A stretch of DNA of 64,000 nucleotides from Escherichia coli (GTDB lineage Bacteria; Pseudomonadota; Gammaproteobacteria; Enterobacterales; Enterobacteriaceae), in the NCBI RefSeq assembly GCF_050920415.1, contig NZ_CP169309.1. One strand, written 5' to 3'. A model generated the notes under the pieces. It was not told the DNA's origin. It saw nothing but the letters and a program-made list of their open reading frames with translations, and ran no database searches. Below are positions 14,215-25,376 of the stretch, one piece after another. Numbering within the stretch: the first letter of the stretch is position 1; the number at the start of each line of letters is the position of its first letter. The position numbers and the translations under genes were made by a program.

Positions 14215-14601
14215 ATGCCGAAATCCGTAATTATTCCTGCTGGCAGCAGCGCACCGCTGGCCCCCTTCGTTCCCGGCACGATGGCTGATGGCGTGGTGTA
14301 TGTCTCCGGCACGCTGGCTTTTGATCAACATAACAACGTGCTGTTTGCCGATGACCCAAAGGCGCAAACCCGCCACGTGCTGGAGACAATTCGCAAGGTT
14401 ATCGAAACTGCGGGTGGCACGATGGCGGACGTGACCTTCAACAGCATCTTTATTACCGACTGGAAAAATTACGCCGCGATTAACGAAATCTACGCCGAGT
14501 TTTTCCCGGGTGACAAACCGGCGCGATTCTGCATTCAGTGCGGACTGGTAAAGCCTGACGCGCTGGTGGAAATCGCCACGATTGCGCATATCGCTAAGTG
14601 A
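14215..14601 (+). CDS. rutC: RutC, aminoacrylate peracid reductase (RidA family)
   Basis: 128-aa frame from [10 protein letters not shown]. Confidence 0.92.
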   Translation: MPKSVIIPAGSSAPLAPFVPGTMADGVVYVSGTLAFDQHNNVLFADDPKAQTRHVLETIRKVIETAGGTMADVTFNSIFITDWKNYAAINEIYAEFFPGDKPARFCIQCGLVKPDALVEIATIAHIAK

Positions 14602-14608
14602 GGTGGCG

Positions 14609-15409
14609 ATGAAACTTTCACTCTCACCTCCCCCTTATGCTGATGCGCCCGTAGTGGTATTGATTTCGGGTCTTGGCGGCAGCGGCAATTACTGGTTGCC
14701 GCAACTGGCGGTGCTGGAGCAGGAGTATCAGGTAGTCTGTTACGACCAGCGCGGTACCGGAAATAATCCAGATACGCTGGCGGAAGACTACAGTTTGGCG
14801 CAGATGGCAGAGGAACTGCATCAGGCGCTGATGAGTGTGGGGATTGAGCGTTATGCGGTGATCGGCCATGCGCTCGGGGCGCTGGTGGGAATGCAGCTGG
14901 CGCTAGATTATCCCGCATCGGTCACTGCACTGGTCAGCGTTAACGGCTGGCTACGAATAAACGCCCATACCCGCCGCTGTTTTCAGGTTCGCGAACGATT
15001 ACTGCATAGCGGCGGCGCGCAGGCATGGGTGGAAGCGCAGCCGTTGTTCCTCTACCCCGCCGACTGGATGGCGGCCCGCGCCCCTCGCCTTGAAGCGGAG
15101 GACGCGCTGGCACTGGCGCATTTTCAGGGCAAAAACAATTTACTGCGTCGACTTAACGCCCTCAAACGTGCTGACTTTAGTCGCCATACGGATCGCATCC
15201 GCTGCCCGGTGCAAATCATCTGCGCCAGTGATGATCTGCTCGTGCCATCAGCATGTTCCAGTGAACTTCATGCCGCCCTGCCCGATAGCCAGAAAATGGT
15301 GATGCGCTATGGCGGACACGCCTGCAACGTGACTGATCCCGAAACGTTTAATGCTCTGTTACTCAACGGGCTTGCCAGCCTGTTATATCACCGTGAAGCC
15401 GCCCTGTAA
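14609..15409 (+). CDS. rutD: RutD, alpha/beta hydrolase
   Basis: 266-aa frame from [26 protein letters not shown]. Confidence 0.92.
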   Translation: MKLSLSPPPYADAPVVVLISGLGGSGNYWLPQLAVLEQEYQVVCYDQRGTGNNPDTLAEDYSLAQMAEELHQALMSVGIERYAVIGHALGALVGMQLALDYPASVTALVSVNGWLRINAHTRRCFQVRERLLHSGGAQAWVEAQPLFLYPADWMAARAPRLEAEDALALAHFQGKNNLLRRLNALKRADFSRHTDRIRCPVQIICASDDLLVPSACSSELHAALPDSQKMVMRYGGHACNVTDPETFNALLLNGLASLLYHREAAL

Positions 15410-15418
15410 GGAATTGCT

Positions 15419-16009
15419 ATGAACGAAGCCGTTAGCCCTGGTGCGCTTAGCACCCTGTTCACCGATGCCCGCACTCACAACGGCTGGCGAGAGACACCCG
15501 TCAGCGATGAGACATTACGGGAGATTTATGCCCTGATGAAATGGGGGCCGACATCAGCTAACTGTTCTCCGGCACGGATCGTGTTTATCCGCACTGCAGA
15601 AGGAAAAGAACGTCTGCGCCCGGCGCTTTCCAGCGGCAATCTGCAAAAAACCCTGACCGCGCCCGTCACCGCGATCGTCGCCTGGGACAGTGAATTTTAT
15701 GAACGGTTACCACAGCTGTTTCCTCACGGCGATGCCCGCAGTTGGTTTACCTCCAGCCCACAACTTGCCGAAGAAACAGCGTTTCGCAACAGTTCCATGC
15801 AGGCGGCCTATCTGATCGTCGCCTGCCGGGCGCTGGGGCTGGATACCGGCCCGATGTCAGGCTTTGACCGTCAACACGTGGACGACGCCTTTTTTACGGG
15901 CAGCACGCTGAAGAGCAATCTGCTGATTAATATCGGCTATGGCGATAGCAGCAAGCTTTATGCGCGCCTGCCACGTCTGTCCTTTGAAGAAGCCTGCGGG
16001 CTGTTGTAA
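15419..16009 (+). CDS. rutE: RutE, malonic semialdehyde reductase (nitroreductase-like)
   Basis: 196-aa [17 protein letters not shown]... Confidence 0.92.
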   Translation: MNEAVSPGALSTLFTDARTHNGWRETPVSDETLREIYALMKWGPTSANCSPARIVFIRTAEGKERLRPALSSGNLQKTLTAPVTAIVAWDSEFYERLPQLFPHGDARSWFTSSPQLAEETAFRNSSMQAAYLIVACRALGLDTGPMSGFDRQHVDDAFFTGSTLKSNLLINIGYGDSSKLYARLPRLSFEEACGLL

Positions 16010-16019
16010 GGAGCAAACT

Positions 16020-16514
16020 ATGAACATTGTCGATCAACAAACTTTTCGCGATGCGATGTCCTGCATGGGCGCGGCGGTCAATATCATCACCACGGACGGT
16101 CCCGCCGGGCGTGCTGGCTTCACCGCCAGCGCCGTCTGTAGCGTAACCGACACACCGCCCACATTACTGGTGTGCCTGAATCGTGGGGCGTCCGTCTGGC
16201 CGGTATTCAATGAAAATCGAACGCTGTGTGTAAATACACTTAGCGCCGGGCAGGAGCCGCTTTCAAACCTTTTTGGCGGCAAAACGCCCATGGAACACCG
16301 CTTTGCCGCCGCCCGCTGGCAGACTGGTGTGACCGGATGCCCGCAACTGGAAGAAGCACTGGTTTCATTTGACTGCCGCATCAGCCAGGTGGTGAGCGTC
16401 GGCACCCACGACATCCTGTTTTGCGCCATCGAAGCGATTCATCGTCACGCCACCCCCTACGGGCTGGTGTGGTTTGATCGCAGTTATCACGCGCTGATGC
16501 GCCCTGCTTGTTAA
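16020..16514 (+). CDS. rutF: RutF, flavin reductase
   Basis: 164-aa frame from [13 protein letters not shown]. Confidence 0.9.
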
Positions 16515-16534
16515 CCTCCTTAAGGAGACAGCTG

Positions 16535-17863
16535 ATGGCAATGTTCGGTTTTCCTCACTGGCAGTTAAAATCGACCTCTACAGAGAGCGGCGTGGTCGCG
16601 CCGGATGAACGATTGCCGTTTGCTCAGACGGCAATAATGGGCGTTCAACACGCGGTGGCAATGTTTGGCGCGACAGTGTTAATGCCGATTCTGATGGGGC
16701 TGGATCCCAATCTTTCCATTTTGATGTCGGGGATCGGCACGTTACTGTTTTTCTTTATTACCGGCGGGCGCGTCCCCAGTTATCTCGGTTCCAGCGCGGC
16801 TTTTGTCGGCGTGGTGATCGCCGCGACGGGCTTTAATGGTCAGGGAATTAATCCGAATATCAGCATCGCGCTGGGCGGGATTATCGCCTGTGGGCTGGTT
16901 TATACCGTCATTGGCCTGGTGGTGATGAAAATCGGTACGCGCTGGATTGAACGACTAATGCCGCCGGTTGTGACGGGTGCGGTGGTGATGGCGATTGGCC
17001 TGAACTTAGCGCCTATCGCGGTGAAAAGTGTATCGGCTTCGGCCTTTGATAGTTGGATGGCGGTAATGACGGTGCTGTGTATTGGGCTGGTGGCGGTGTT
17101 TACCCGTGGCATGATCCAGCGATTATTGATTCTCGTAGGATTAATTGTCGCCTGTCTGCTGTATGGCGTGATGACCAACGTTTTAGGGCTGGGAAAAGCC
17201 GTCGATTTTACTCTCGTCAGCCATGCTGCCTGGTTCGGTCTGCCACATTTTTCCACTCCTGCTTTTAATGGTCAGGCAATGATGCTGATTGCGCCCGTGG
17301 CGGTTATTCTGGTGGCGGAAAACTTAGGTCATCTGAAGGCGGTAGCCGGGATGACCGGACGCAATATGGATCCATATATGGGGCGGGCATTCGTAGGCGA
17401 TGGGCTGGCAACAATGCTTTCGGGTTCTGTCGGCGGTAGCGGCGTAACCACCTATGCTGAAAATATCGGTGTGATGGCCGTGACCAAAGTCTACTCGACG
17501 CTGGTGTTTGTTGCTGCCGCCGTCATCGCCATGCTGTTGGGCTTTTCGCCGAAATTTGGCGCACTAATCCATACCATTCCGGCACCGGTGATTGGTGGTG
17601 CGTCAATTGTTGTGTTCGGGTTAATTGCCGTCGCAGGCGCGCGGATCTGGGTACAAAATCGTGTGGATTTAAGTCAGAACGGTAATTTGATTATGGTCGC
17701 AGTAACCTTAGTGCTGGGTGCTGGTGATTTTGCTCTCACGCTGGGCGGTTTTACGTTGGGAGGGATCGGTACAGCAACCTTTGGCGCGATTTTACTCAAT
17801 GCGTTGTTGAGCAGAAGGTTGGTTGACGTTCCTCCGCCAGAAGTTGTTCATCAGGAACCATAA
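16535..17863 (+). CDS. rutG: RutG, pyrimidine permease (NCS2 family)
   Basis: 442-aa polytopic membrane frame from MAMFGFPHWQLK. Confidence 0.92.
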   Translation: MAMFGFPHWQLKSTSTESGVVAPDERLPFAQTAIMGVQHAVAMFGATVLMPILMGLDPNLSILMSGIGTLLFFFITGGRVPSYLGSSAAFVGVVIAATGFNGQGINPNISIALGGIIACGLVYTVIGLVVMKIGTRWIERLMPPVVTGAVVMAIGLNLAPIAVKSVSASAFDSWMAVMTVLCIGLVAVFTRGMIQRLLILVGLIVACLLYGVMTNVLGLGKAVDFTLVSHAAWFGLPHFSTPAFNGQAMMLIAPVAVILVAENLGHLKAVAGMTGRNMDPYMGRAFVGDGLATMLSGSVGGSGVTTYAENIGVMAVTKVYSTLVFVAAAVIAMLLGFSPKFGALIHTIPAPVIGGASIVVFGLIAVAGARIWVQNRVDLSQNGNLIMVAVTLVLGAGDFALTLGGFTLGGIGTATFGAILLNALLSRRLVDVPPPEVVHQEP

Positions 17864-17922
17864 ACAGAAAACCGCCGGGATTACCGGCGGTGCAGATTGT
17901 TGACAACGTGCGCATTGTTCAT

Positions 17923-18020
17923 GCCGGATGCGGCGTGAACGCCTTATCCGGCCTACAAAACAGTGCAAATTCAATATATTGCAATCTTCTGGTAGGCCTG
18001 ATAAGCATCGCGCATCAGGC
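17923..18020. repeat. REP/BIME elements downstream of rutG
   Basis: gccggatgcggcgtgaacgccttatccggcctac and inverted gtaggcctgataagcatcgcgcatcaggc palindromes. Confidence 0.8.
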
Positions 18021-18120
18021 AAGCTTACATTTGTCATCAGTATCAACCGCCGGGGTAACCGGCGGTGATGGCTTTTTGACGAGCGACAGACAAAAATGCA
18101 TGCGTCATTGATTAGCCCGG

Positions 18121-18294
18121 CTAGTTGTCGCTTTTACCGTGACTGCTCTTGCCACCTTTTTTACCTGCTTCAGATGCGCGCTGCGGGTCATTTTTGAAAT
18201 TACCCCCGCTGTGCTGTCCACCTTTTTTACCTGCTTCTGATGCTCTTTCGCGGTCTTCTGCAAAATTGCCGGAACCGCCTCGATGGTTTGCCAT
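18121..18294 (-). CDS. ymdF: YmdF, small stress-induced KGG-repeat protein
   Basis: 57-aa frame from MANHRGGSGNFAEDRE with repeated SEAGKKGG motifs. Confidence 0.85.
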   Translation of the reverse strand: MANHRGGSGNFAEDRERASEAGKKGGQHSGGNFKNDPQRASEAGKKGGKSSHGKSDN

Positions 18295-18648
18295 TACTGA
18301 CCTCCGTCTGGGTATAGACATCATATTGCATAGAATTAACGCGGCGTATGGCGGCTGCCATATTTTCGCTACGTGGGACTAAGCTTAGTGAACTGACGCG
18401 GGCAGACCCGCGTTTGGTAATATCCTGCAACAGCTTCTTAGCGAGAATAGATATCATCTCCAATAATTATCTATAAGCCGCTCTTATGATTAAAAAAACG
18501 CGATGAGATAAAAATGTGTCATTTTGCGACAAAATTGCGTGCTTGTGAAAGTTGTTATAAATCAAATAAGTGGTTGTGAAATTTGCACTCTGAAAAGGAC
18601 GTCTTATCTTTAAATAAGTGGTAGCGAATCGCTACGGAATAGAGATAA

Positions 18649-19263
<615 letters not shown>

Positions 19264-19283
19264 TCTTCAACAGGAGGATACGC

Positions 19284-19511
19284 ATGCCAACTCAAGAAGC
19301 GAAAGCTCATCACGTCGGTGAATGGGCATCTCTGCGCAATACGTCGCCGGAAATAGCCGAGGCCATTTTCGAAGTCGCCGGGTACGACGAAAAAATGGCG
19401 GAAAAGATTTGGGAAGAAGGTAGCGATGAAGTGTTAGTCAAAGCCTTTGCTAAGACCGATAAAGATTCGCTTTTTTGGGGCGAACAGACCATCGAACGTA
19501 AAAACGTTTAA
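19284..19511 (+). CDS. yccJ: YccJ, small conserved protein
   Basis: 75-aa ORF 20 bp after wrbA with RBS caggagga; matches recalled YccJ. Confidence 0.9.
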
Positions 19512-19517
19512 TCCTGA

Positions 19518-19545
19518 ACCTCCCCCGTGGTGAACGGGGGAGTTT
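19518..19545 (+). terminator. rho-independent terminator after yccJ
   Basis: ctcccccg-tggtgaa-cgggggag stem-loop followed by tttt. Confidence 0.7.
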
Positions 19546-19888
19546 TCGATTATTCATTGACCAACGTCTCATGCCCTGTTATTACTGTGAGATATTCAAT
19601 CACGTTATCAAATAAAAAAATCGATATCATTGCGGTAAGCTTGTTATTGATTATAAATATGGGTAATAAGCGATATCCAGCATGAATTTGATTGTACAGA
19701 GTATTTCCTATATAGCCATTGGTTAAATCTTGAAGATAAGATACCTCCGGCTGAAAAATCCATCCCGGCAATGAAGGATGTGATATTTTCGTAATTCTCT
19801 TGCAGAATAAACAACCCTGGATACGCTCTGAATACAAGGAAATTTTCCAATAAATTATTTATTCATCAATACTCCCCGGCGAGGATCA

Positions 19889-20407
19889 TCAAAATATCTC
19901 ATTATCTTTTAAAACTGCCCAGCCCGTTATAACGGACGTTATCTGGCGCACGCTGAAGTGGGCATGATACTCACTTTCATTAAAATGCTCGACATGATTT
20001 GCTAATCGCTTAGCTAGATAATTGACGTTCAGTCTGTGCCAAATTTTTAGCGAAAAATAGCAAATTTCAAGCCGGGAATTTATCAAAGCATCCTCATTTA
20101 CTTCACCATGAACAATAAAGTCACGCATAAACTGCAGGTGTTTAATTAATAAAATCCATTCACTTTCAGTAAGATAGTTTTTCCCACGCAGATTATAATA
20201 CAGAGATTTGATTAATGGGATCTTCTGCTTATGGCGCTTTGACCGCGCTGAGCACAATATTTGTTCTATCAGGCCAAGCGTCCCTTTCTGACGCAACCAG
20301 CACCGGAGTTCAGACTGCGCGCTAATGCCGCGAGCCACCGACAAATGTATTTGGGTAAGCAATGCGTATAAACCTAATAAAAACGCGTCGTGATAATACC
20401 GCTTCAT
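19889..20407 (-). CDS. hypothetical protein (172 aa), second gene of the AT-rich insert between yccJ and agp
   Basis: ATG at 20407 with good RBS (aaggtggg, 5-6 nt spacing); lies 12 bp downstream of the preceding ORF stop; visibly AT-rich; no homolog recognised; C-terminal RLANHVEH resembles an R-x(4-6)-H motif. Confidence 0.6.
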   Translation of the reverse strand: MKRYYHDAFLLGLYALLTQIHLSVARGISAQSELRCWLRQKGTLGLIEQILCSARSKRHKQKIPLIKSLYYNLRGKNYLTESEWILLIKHLQFMRDFIVHGEVNEDALINSRLEICYFSLKIWHRLNVNYLAKRLANHVEHFNESEYHAHFSVRQITSVITGWAVLKDNEIF

Positions 20408-20419
20408 TACCCACCTTTG

Positions 20420-20788
20420 TTATCGTAATTTTTTAAACAAATAATCATATAAAATTTCGGCAATGAATTCTGCATGTTCACGTCGCACAATGACATTCAT
20501 AACGTAATATTGCGCAGCAATTTCATTGATAAAATGTTCAGGCAGTATGAATACGCGTGCATAAGCCGAGTATATTTCCAGTATTTCATTTGAGATGTTT
20601 TCAAGATCAACGCAATAATTTGTCACATCATAAAAAAGATTAGCGTATTTTTTATTAATTATGCTAAGGCATATAAATGGGGCATTTAATTTTTCACACA
20701 ATTGCCAGTGCGTTCTTTCATTTTCTCCCTTCCATGTATACTTCATTTTGTCAGCCATCCTTTGATTTACGCGTCTGAAGTTTACCAC
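20420..20788 (-). CDS. hypothetical protein (108-122 aa), first gene of the AT-rich insert
   Basis: maximal ORF begins at a GTG (20788); ATG candidates at 20758 and 20746 (MKYTWKGENERTHW, weak AGGA about 11 nt upstream); no homolog recognised. Confidence 0.5.
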   Translation of the reverse strand: MVNFRRVNQRMADKMKYTWKGENERTHWQLCEKLNAPFICLSIINKKYANLFYDVTNYCVDLENISNEILEIYSAYARVFILPEHFINEIAAQYYVMNVIVRREHAEFIAEILYDYLFKKLR

Positions 20789-20893
20789 TGTGTCTGGGGT
20801 AAACCATGCGTTCTATGGTAAAAATTATACGAGATGTGGCGCTGCGTAATATTCTGCTCCCTCAATATATTTCTGGTGAATATGTTCCAGGTT

Positions 20894-20926
20894 AATTGGG
20901 AAGATCTGCATGTGATCTTCCCAATT
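20894..20926. other. perfect 13-bp inverted repeat hairpin at the agp-proximal edge of the insert
   Basis: aattgggaagatc-tgcatgt-gatcttcccaatt; followed by a T-rich stretch on the plus strand only. Confidence 0.6.
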
Positions 20927-20955
20927 TTATGACTACAAAATGTCAATAGCCGGGT

Positions 20956-22197
20956 TTATTTCACCGCTTCATTCAACACGCTATCAAACTTATCCATTGG
21001 GCAGAAACCATCAGCGTCTATCGGGCAGCCGGTTAATTCCAGCGTCACGCGCTGAGCCGGAGCCTGCAACGTTAACGCATCAGCATTACGCAACTGTTCC
21101 GCACTCTGGTACACATATTCAATTTTCATCAAATCGCGATTAGCTTTGCTGTCATGCCAACGCTGGAAAACGATTTTGCCGCCAATCGGCGTGCGTTCGT
21201 TCTGGTCATGCAACTGATACGGTTTGAAATCCAGTGCCGTTAACAGAGAGGCAATGTTTGAGTCGTGCCCCACCAGCACCGTGATTTTCGGTGCACTAGT
21301 TCGATCGGTGACCAGTGCTTTGTCGATATAACTGACCAGCGGTTTCGCAACATTGCGCGCCACTTCCGGTGAGGTAAACAGGCTATCCTGGTAGCCGTTT
21401 TTCAGCTTCGACAATACTTTCCACTGTTGGTCAGTTTTGATCTCTCCCCACGCCACCTGATCCATCGGGAAACCTTCGTAGTATTGCAAAGTAAACGCAT
21501 CTACCAGCGAGTTGCCGACTTTCAGCGGCCCGGAAACGCCCGGTTCTTGTTGATACTTCGCGCTAAAGGTGTTTTTGCCATCTACAAGCGAACACTGTTG
21601 CTTCTCTTTACAGGCAGGAGAATCTTTATAGTTAACGATTTTTTCCAGTAGCTTGTAGCTGTCGGTAAGCTGGAGTTTGCCGAGCTCTTTCTCCATTGCC
21701 GCCACCGCCTGTTCACTGAATGCGGCGGAATCATCGGTGATCACCGGGTTAAAGGTTGGGTCCATGGTGCCCATTTTTTCCTGGTGATGAACAGGAATAT
21801 CACACCCGGGGAATGCGCCGGTAATAAAGAACTGCGCGGTCGCGACGGTGCGTTGCAGACTATTGGCATAGGCATAAACGGTGTCCGGCGGCGGGCATTC
21901 ACCCGATTTCACCATCCCCTGCTCTGCCAGCCATTCACGCATGTAATGGCCCATATACACTTCGAGTACTCCCCCTTTAGTGGTGAGCTGCCCACCGGGA
22001 ACGTCCCATTCTGGCCATTTATTCGGCGTCGACTGCTCCAGCACACTGCCATTGTTCGCCAGCGGCGCACGTAAGTTATGGCGGCTCATCATGAGCACTT
22101 GCTGCAACTGATAGCCTTCCGGTACGGTTTGTGCCTGAGCATTTGAAGCGAGTAAAACTATCCCTGCCACAGCTGCGGCGATTAGCGTTTTGTTCAT
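20956..22197 (-). CDS. agp: Agp, periplasmic glucose-1-phosphatase (histidine acid phosphatase)
   Basis: 413-aa frame from [22 protein letters not shown]; RHNLRAP active-site motif; matches recalled Agp. Confidence 0.95.
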   Translation of the reverse strand: MNKTLIAAAVAGIVLLASNAQAQTVPEGYQLQQVLMMSRHNLRAPLANNGSVLEQSTPNKWPEWDVPGGQLTTKGGVLEVYMGHYMREWLAEQGMVKSGECPPPDTVYAYANSLQRTVATAQFFITGAFPGCDIPVHHQEKMGTMDPTFNPVITDDSAAFSEQAVAAMEKELGKLQLTDSYKLLEKIVNYKDSPACKEKQQCSLVDGKNTFSAKYQQEPGVSGPLKVGNSLVDAFTLQYYEGFPMDQVAWGEIKTDQQWKVLSKLKNGYQDSLFTSPEVARNVAKPLVSYIDKALVTDRTSAPKITVLVGHDSNIASLLTALDFKPYQLHDQNERTPIGGKIVFQRWHDSKANRDLMKIEYVYQSAEQLRNADALTLQAPAQRVTLELTGCPIDADGFCPMDKFDSVLNEAVK

Positions 22198-22488
22198 TCC
22201 TGGCACCTCTTTTGTTATCAATCACCAAAGAGTGTGACAGAAATATGACATTTTTCCGGGAACAGGTTCGCAAAATGGCTTGTTGAGTGCCTGTTTTTCT
22301 ATATTTGTCATTAAAAAAAGGCAAGATTTGACGCAACCTATACATGATTGGCCCCTGCCTCGTGTACGCCGTTGATGATTTCACCATGGGCTAGACAGAA
22401 TATCACCGACGTTATCGATACAGGGGCAATATTTACTAAAAAGAGAATGTGAGACTAATAAAAACTATTTTAGCACATGTCTTTATCA

Positions 22489-23742
22489 TTAAATGGCATA
22501 ACGATTTAAATAGTCCAGTTGCGCTTTCATTTCCTTATGGTTTAACTGGTATGACTGAGCAAAAAGTTCAGTAGGGAGGTAAACGTCATAATGATTGCCA
22601 GTATTCATTAAATAACCATACTCAAGATCTTCATCCGTTGAAAAGGATTCACTTCCCAAGGAGATTGATCCCACATTACAGGCAACAATAAACAATGAAC
22701 AAATGCTATCTGAAAGCACAGCAAGGAAATTCTTCACCGCTTTAACCTTTTCCGGAGAGTCGGTATTTAAAACAAGCGAACCCTTGTTATCATTAAATAT
22801 AAACTCGGGTAAATGCAATATGCATCTTTCGTCATTCAAGCAACTACCAATGAATTCTTTTTTAAACTTAATAAAATTCGACGCTAAAGAATTACCCATA
22901 TCCTGAATTTGGTTGTCAGAATGCAGATCAACGCCAAATAATGTCTTAATCTCTTCCCTGAGATTAAAGAATGCTGCATCAACAAAAGACTCAATCACTT
23001 GTTTATCAACAATTTTAATAAATTCGTCGTATACTTCTTTTTGCGTCTTTTGACTGCCAAGCGCCCATGAATAATCAACGTGTTTTATAACCAGTATGGC
23101 TCTTAACAGACAATATCCATCGCCATCTACAGGCGCGTATTTTAATTTATGTGCTTGATTAATTTCACTCTGAATAAAAGATATACCAGACAAATCAATA
23201 CCAGTAACTGAATCATATATTCCCGGCGTATTTATCCGTTTTGGCTGGACACTCGTAATTTCATCATCATCAAAGCAATACTCAGAAAAAACATCATTAC
23301 ACTCATTTAAGATATCAACATATGCTATAAATTTATACCAACAGCTACTTTTAAAGCCTGCAATAGCCTGTGAAAACATACCCGGCAAGGATATATTAAC
23401 AAGCTCTCTTTCTTGAAAATATTGTATAGTATAGGTAATGCCTCCTGAATCCCCTGAATAAGTGTTTGTATCATGAGTACGTAATGTTTTCATAAATGAA
23501 GATAAATCATTATCATTTTGCATTTCCTCTAATTCTGTTTCTAGTGATTCACACACCAGGCATGAAATATTTTCTTCTTTCCGCATGATTTCATTGTACA
23601 ACCGCATAAAACACTCTAGTTTTTGTTCAAAAAGCGTGATTGAACATTTTTGATTTTCTTCGCGCCTGGTTTTTATATCGGCCCAGGCTGTTTTCAAATA
23701 ATTATTAGCACTGCAACTTACTCCATGTATATTACTACCCAT
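22489..23742 (-). CDS. yccE: YccE-like uncharacterized protein
   Basis: 417-aa AT-rich ORF between agp and cbpA, the position of yccE in K-12; identity rests on position and size only. Confidence 0.7.
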   Translation of the reverse strand: MGSNIHGVSCSANNYLKTAWADIKTRREENQKCSITLFEQKLECFMRLYNEIMRKEENISCLVCESLETELEEMQNDNDLSSFMKTLRTHDTNTYSGDSGGITYTIQYFQERELVNISLPGMFSQAIAGFKSSCWYKFIAYVDILNECNDVFSEYCFDDDEITSVQPKRINTPGIYDSVTGIDLSGISFIQSEINQAHKLKYAPVDGDGYCLLRAILVIKHVDYSWALGSQKTQKEVYDEFIKIVDKQVIESFVDAAFFNLREEIKTLFGVDLHSDNQIQDMGNSLASNFIKFKKEFIGSCLNDERCILHLPEFIFNDNKGSLVLNTDSPEKVKAVKNFLAVLSDSICSLFIVACNVGSISLGSESFSTDEDLEYGYLMNTGNHYDVYLPTELFAQSYQLNHKEMKAQLDYLNRYAI

Positions 23743-23999
23743 ATATAGCGCCTATAAAATTTAATAAATAATGACGTCCTAGTTAAGCTTAAAATGCCTG
23801 ATTTAACTATCAAAAATCGCTCACCCTTTTACCTGTTTAAACTATGCTCAGCAATCCATCTTGACGCCACCTCCTCTCCACGATGATTTCAATAACATAT
23901 TCTGTGTTGGCATATGAAATTTTGAGGATTACCCTACACTTATAGGAGTTACCTTACAGGGGTTCCTTCAATTTGTGTTGATTTACGCGAGATAACGCT

Positions 24000-24920
24000 A
24001 TGGAACTAAAGGATTATTACGCCATCATGGGCGTGAAACCGACGGACGATCTCAAGACAATCAAGACCGCCTATCGTCGACTGGCCCGCAAATACCATCC
24101 AGACGTCAGCAAAGAACCGGATGCCGAAGCCCGCTTCAAAGAGGTCGCTGAAGCCTGGGAAGTGTTAAGTGATGAACAACGTCGCGCTGAGTATGATCAG
24201 ATGTGGCAACATCGCAACGATCCGCAATTTAACCGTCAATTCCATCATGACGACGGTCAGAGTTTTAACGCCGAAGATTTTGACGATATCTTCTCGTCAA
24301 TTTTCGGTCAGCATGCCCGCCAGAGCCGTCAACGCCCCGCCACACGCGGCCACGATATTGAAATCGAAGTGGCGGTATTCCTCGAAGAAACGCTTACTGA
24401 GCATAAGCGTACCATCAGCTATAACCTGCCGGTTTATAACGCCTTTGGCATGATCGAACAGGAAATCCCGAAAACGCTGAATGTGAAGATCCCGGCGGGC
24501 GTCGGCAATGGTCAACGCATCCGCCTGAAAGGCCAGGGAACGCCGGGCGAAAATGGCGGCCCAAATGGCGATTTGTGGCTGGTGATTCATATTGCGCCGC
24601 ATCCATTGTTTGATATTGTCGGCCAGGATCTGGAAATAGTGGTGCCGGTTAGCCCGTGGGAAGCGGCGCTGGGTGCTAAAGTCACCGTTCCAACACTGAA
24701 AGAAAGCATTTTGCTAACTATCCCGCCGGGCAGTCAGGCCGGGCAACGATTACGCGTTAAAGGCAAAGGCCTGGTGAGCAAAAAACAGACCGGCGATCTG
24801 TATGCGGTACTGAAAATCGTGATGCCGCCGAAACCGGATGAAAATACGGCCGCGCTGTGGCAGCAACTGGCAGACGCCCAGTCGTCTTTTGATCCACGTA
24901 AAGATTGGGGGAAAGCATGA
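24000..24920 (+). CDS. cbpA: CbpA, curved-DNA-binding DnaJ-like co-chaperone
   Basis: 306-aa ORF with J-domain (YYAIMGV...HPD); matches recalled CbpA. Confidence 0.95.
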   Translation: MELKDYYAIMGVKPTDDLKTIKTAYRRLARKYHPDVSKEPDAEARFKEVAEAWEVLSDEQRRAEYDQMWQHRNDPQFNRQFHHDDGQSFNAEDFDDIFSSIFGQHARQSRQRPATRGHDIEIEVAVFLEETLTEHKRTISYNLPVYNAFGMIEQEIPKTLNVKIPAGVGNGQRIRLKGQGTPGENGGPNGDLWLVIHIAPHPLFDIVGQDLEIVVPVSPWEAALGAKVTVPTLKESILLTIPPGSQAGQRLRVKGKGLVSKKQTGDLYAVLKIVMPPKPDENTAALWQQLADAQSSFDPRKDWGKA

Positions 24921-25225
24921 TGGCTAATGTTACGGTGACTTTTACTATTACCGAATTTTGCCTACATACCGGCATCTCTGAAGAGGAATTGAATGAAATT
25001 GTCGGTTTGGGGGTGGTTGAACCGCGGGAGCGCCTGGAAACAACCTGGGTATTTGACGACCATGCCGCCATTGTGGTGCAACGTGCGGTACGCCTGCGTC
25101 ATGAACTGGCTCTGGACTGGCCGGGGATCGCGGTGGCGCTGACGTTAATGGATGATATTGCGCACCTGAAGCAGGAAAACCGCTTGCTGCGCCAGCGGCT
25201 TTCCCGGTTTGTGGCTCATCCGTGA
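24920..25225 (+). CDS. cbpM: CbpM, modulator of CbpA
   Basis: 101-aa frame from [13 protein letters not shown]; start overlaps cbpA stop (ATGATG). Confidence 0.9.
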   Translation: MANVTVTFTITEFCLHTGISEEELNEIVGLGVVEPRERLETTWVFDDHAAIVVQRAVRLRHELALDWPGIAVALTLMDDIAHLKQENRLLRQRLSRFVAHP

Positions 25226-25230
25226 GTTTG

Positions 25231-25370
25231 TTGCCTGATGCGACGCTTAACGCGTCTTATCAGGCCTACAAAGCGCACTGTCCCCGTAGGCCGGATAAGG
25301 TTCATGCCGCATCCGGCGGATCTGCCTTAATGTCTAATGCGACGCTCAACGCGTCTTATCTGGCCTACAA
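25231..25370. repeat. REP/BIME elements between cbpM and torD
   Basis: gcctgatgcgacgcttaacgcgtcttatcaggcctac, ccggataag...gccgcatccggc and a second gcgacgctcaacgcgtcttatctggcctac palindrome. Confidence 0.8.
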
Positions 25371-25376
25371 ACGGCA

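Noticed and set aside
18227-18463. 78-aa minus-strand ORF between ymdF and wrbA
   Set aside because: Overlaps ymdF in a different frame and extends into the wrbA promoter region; no RBS.
22076-22387. 103-aa minus-strand ORF overlapping the agp start
   Set aside because: Overlaps the agp N-terminus and promoter in another frame; likely spurious.
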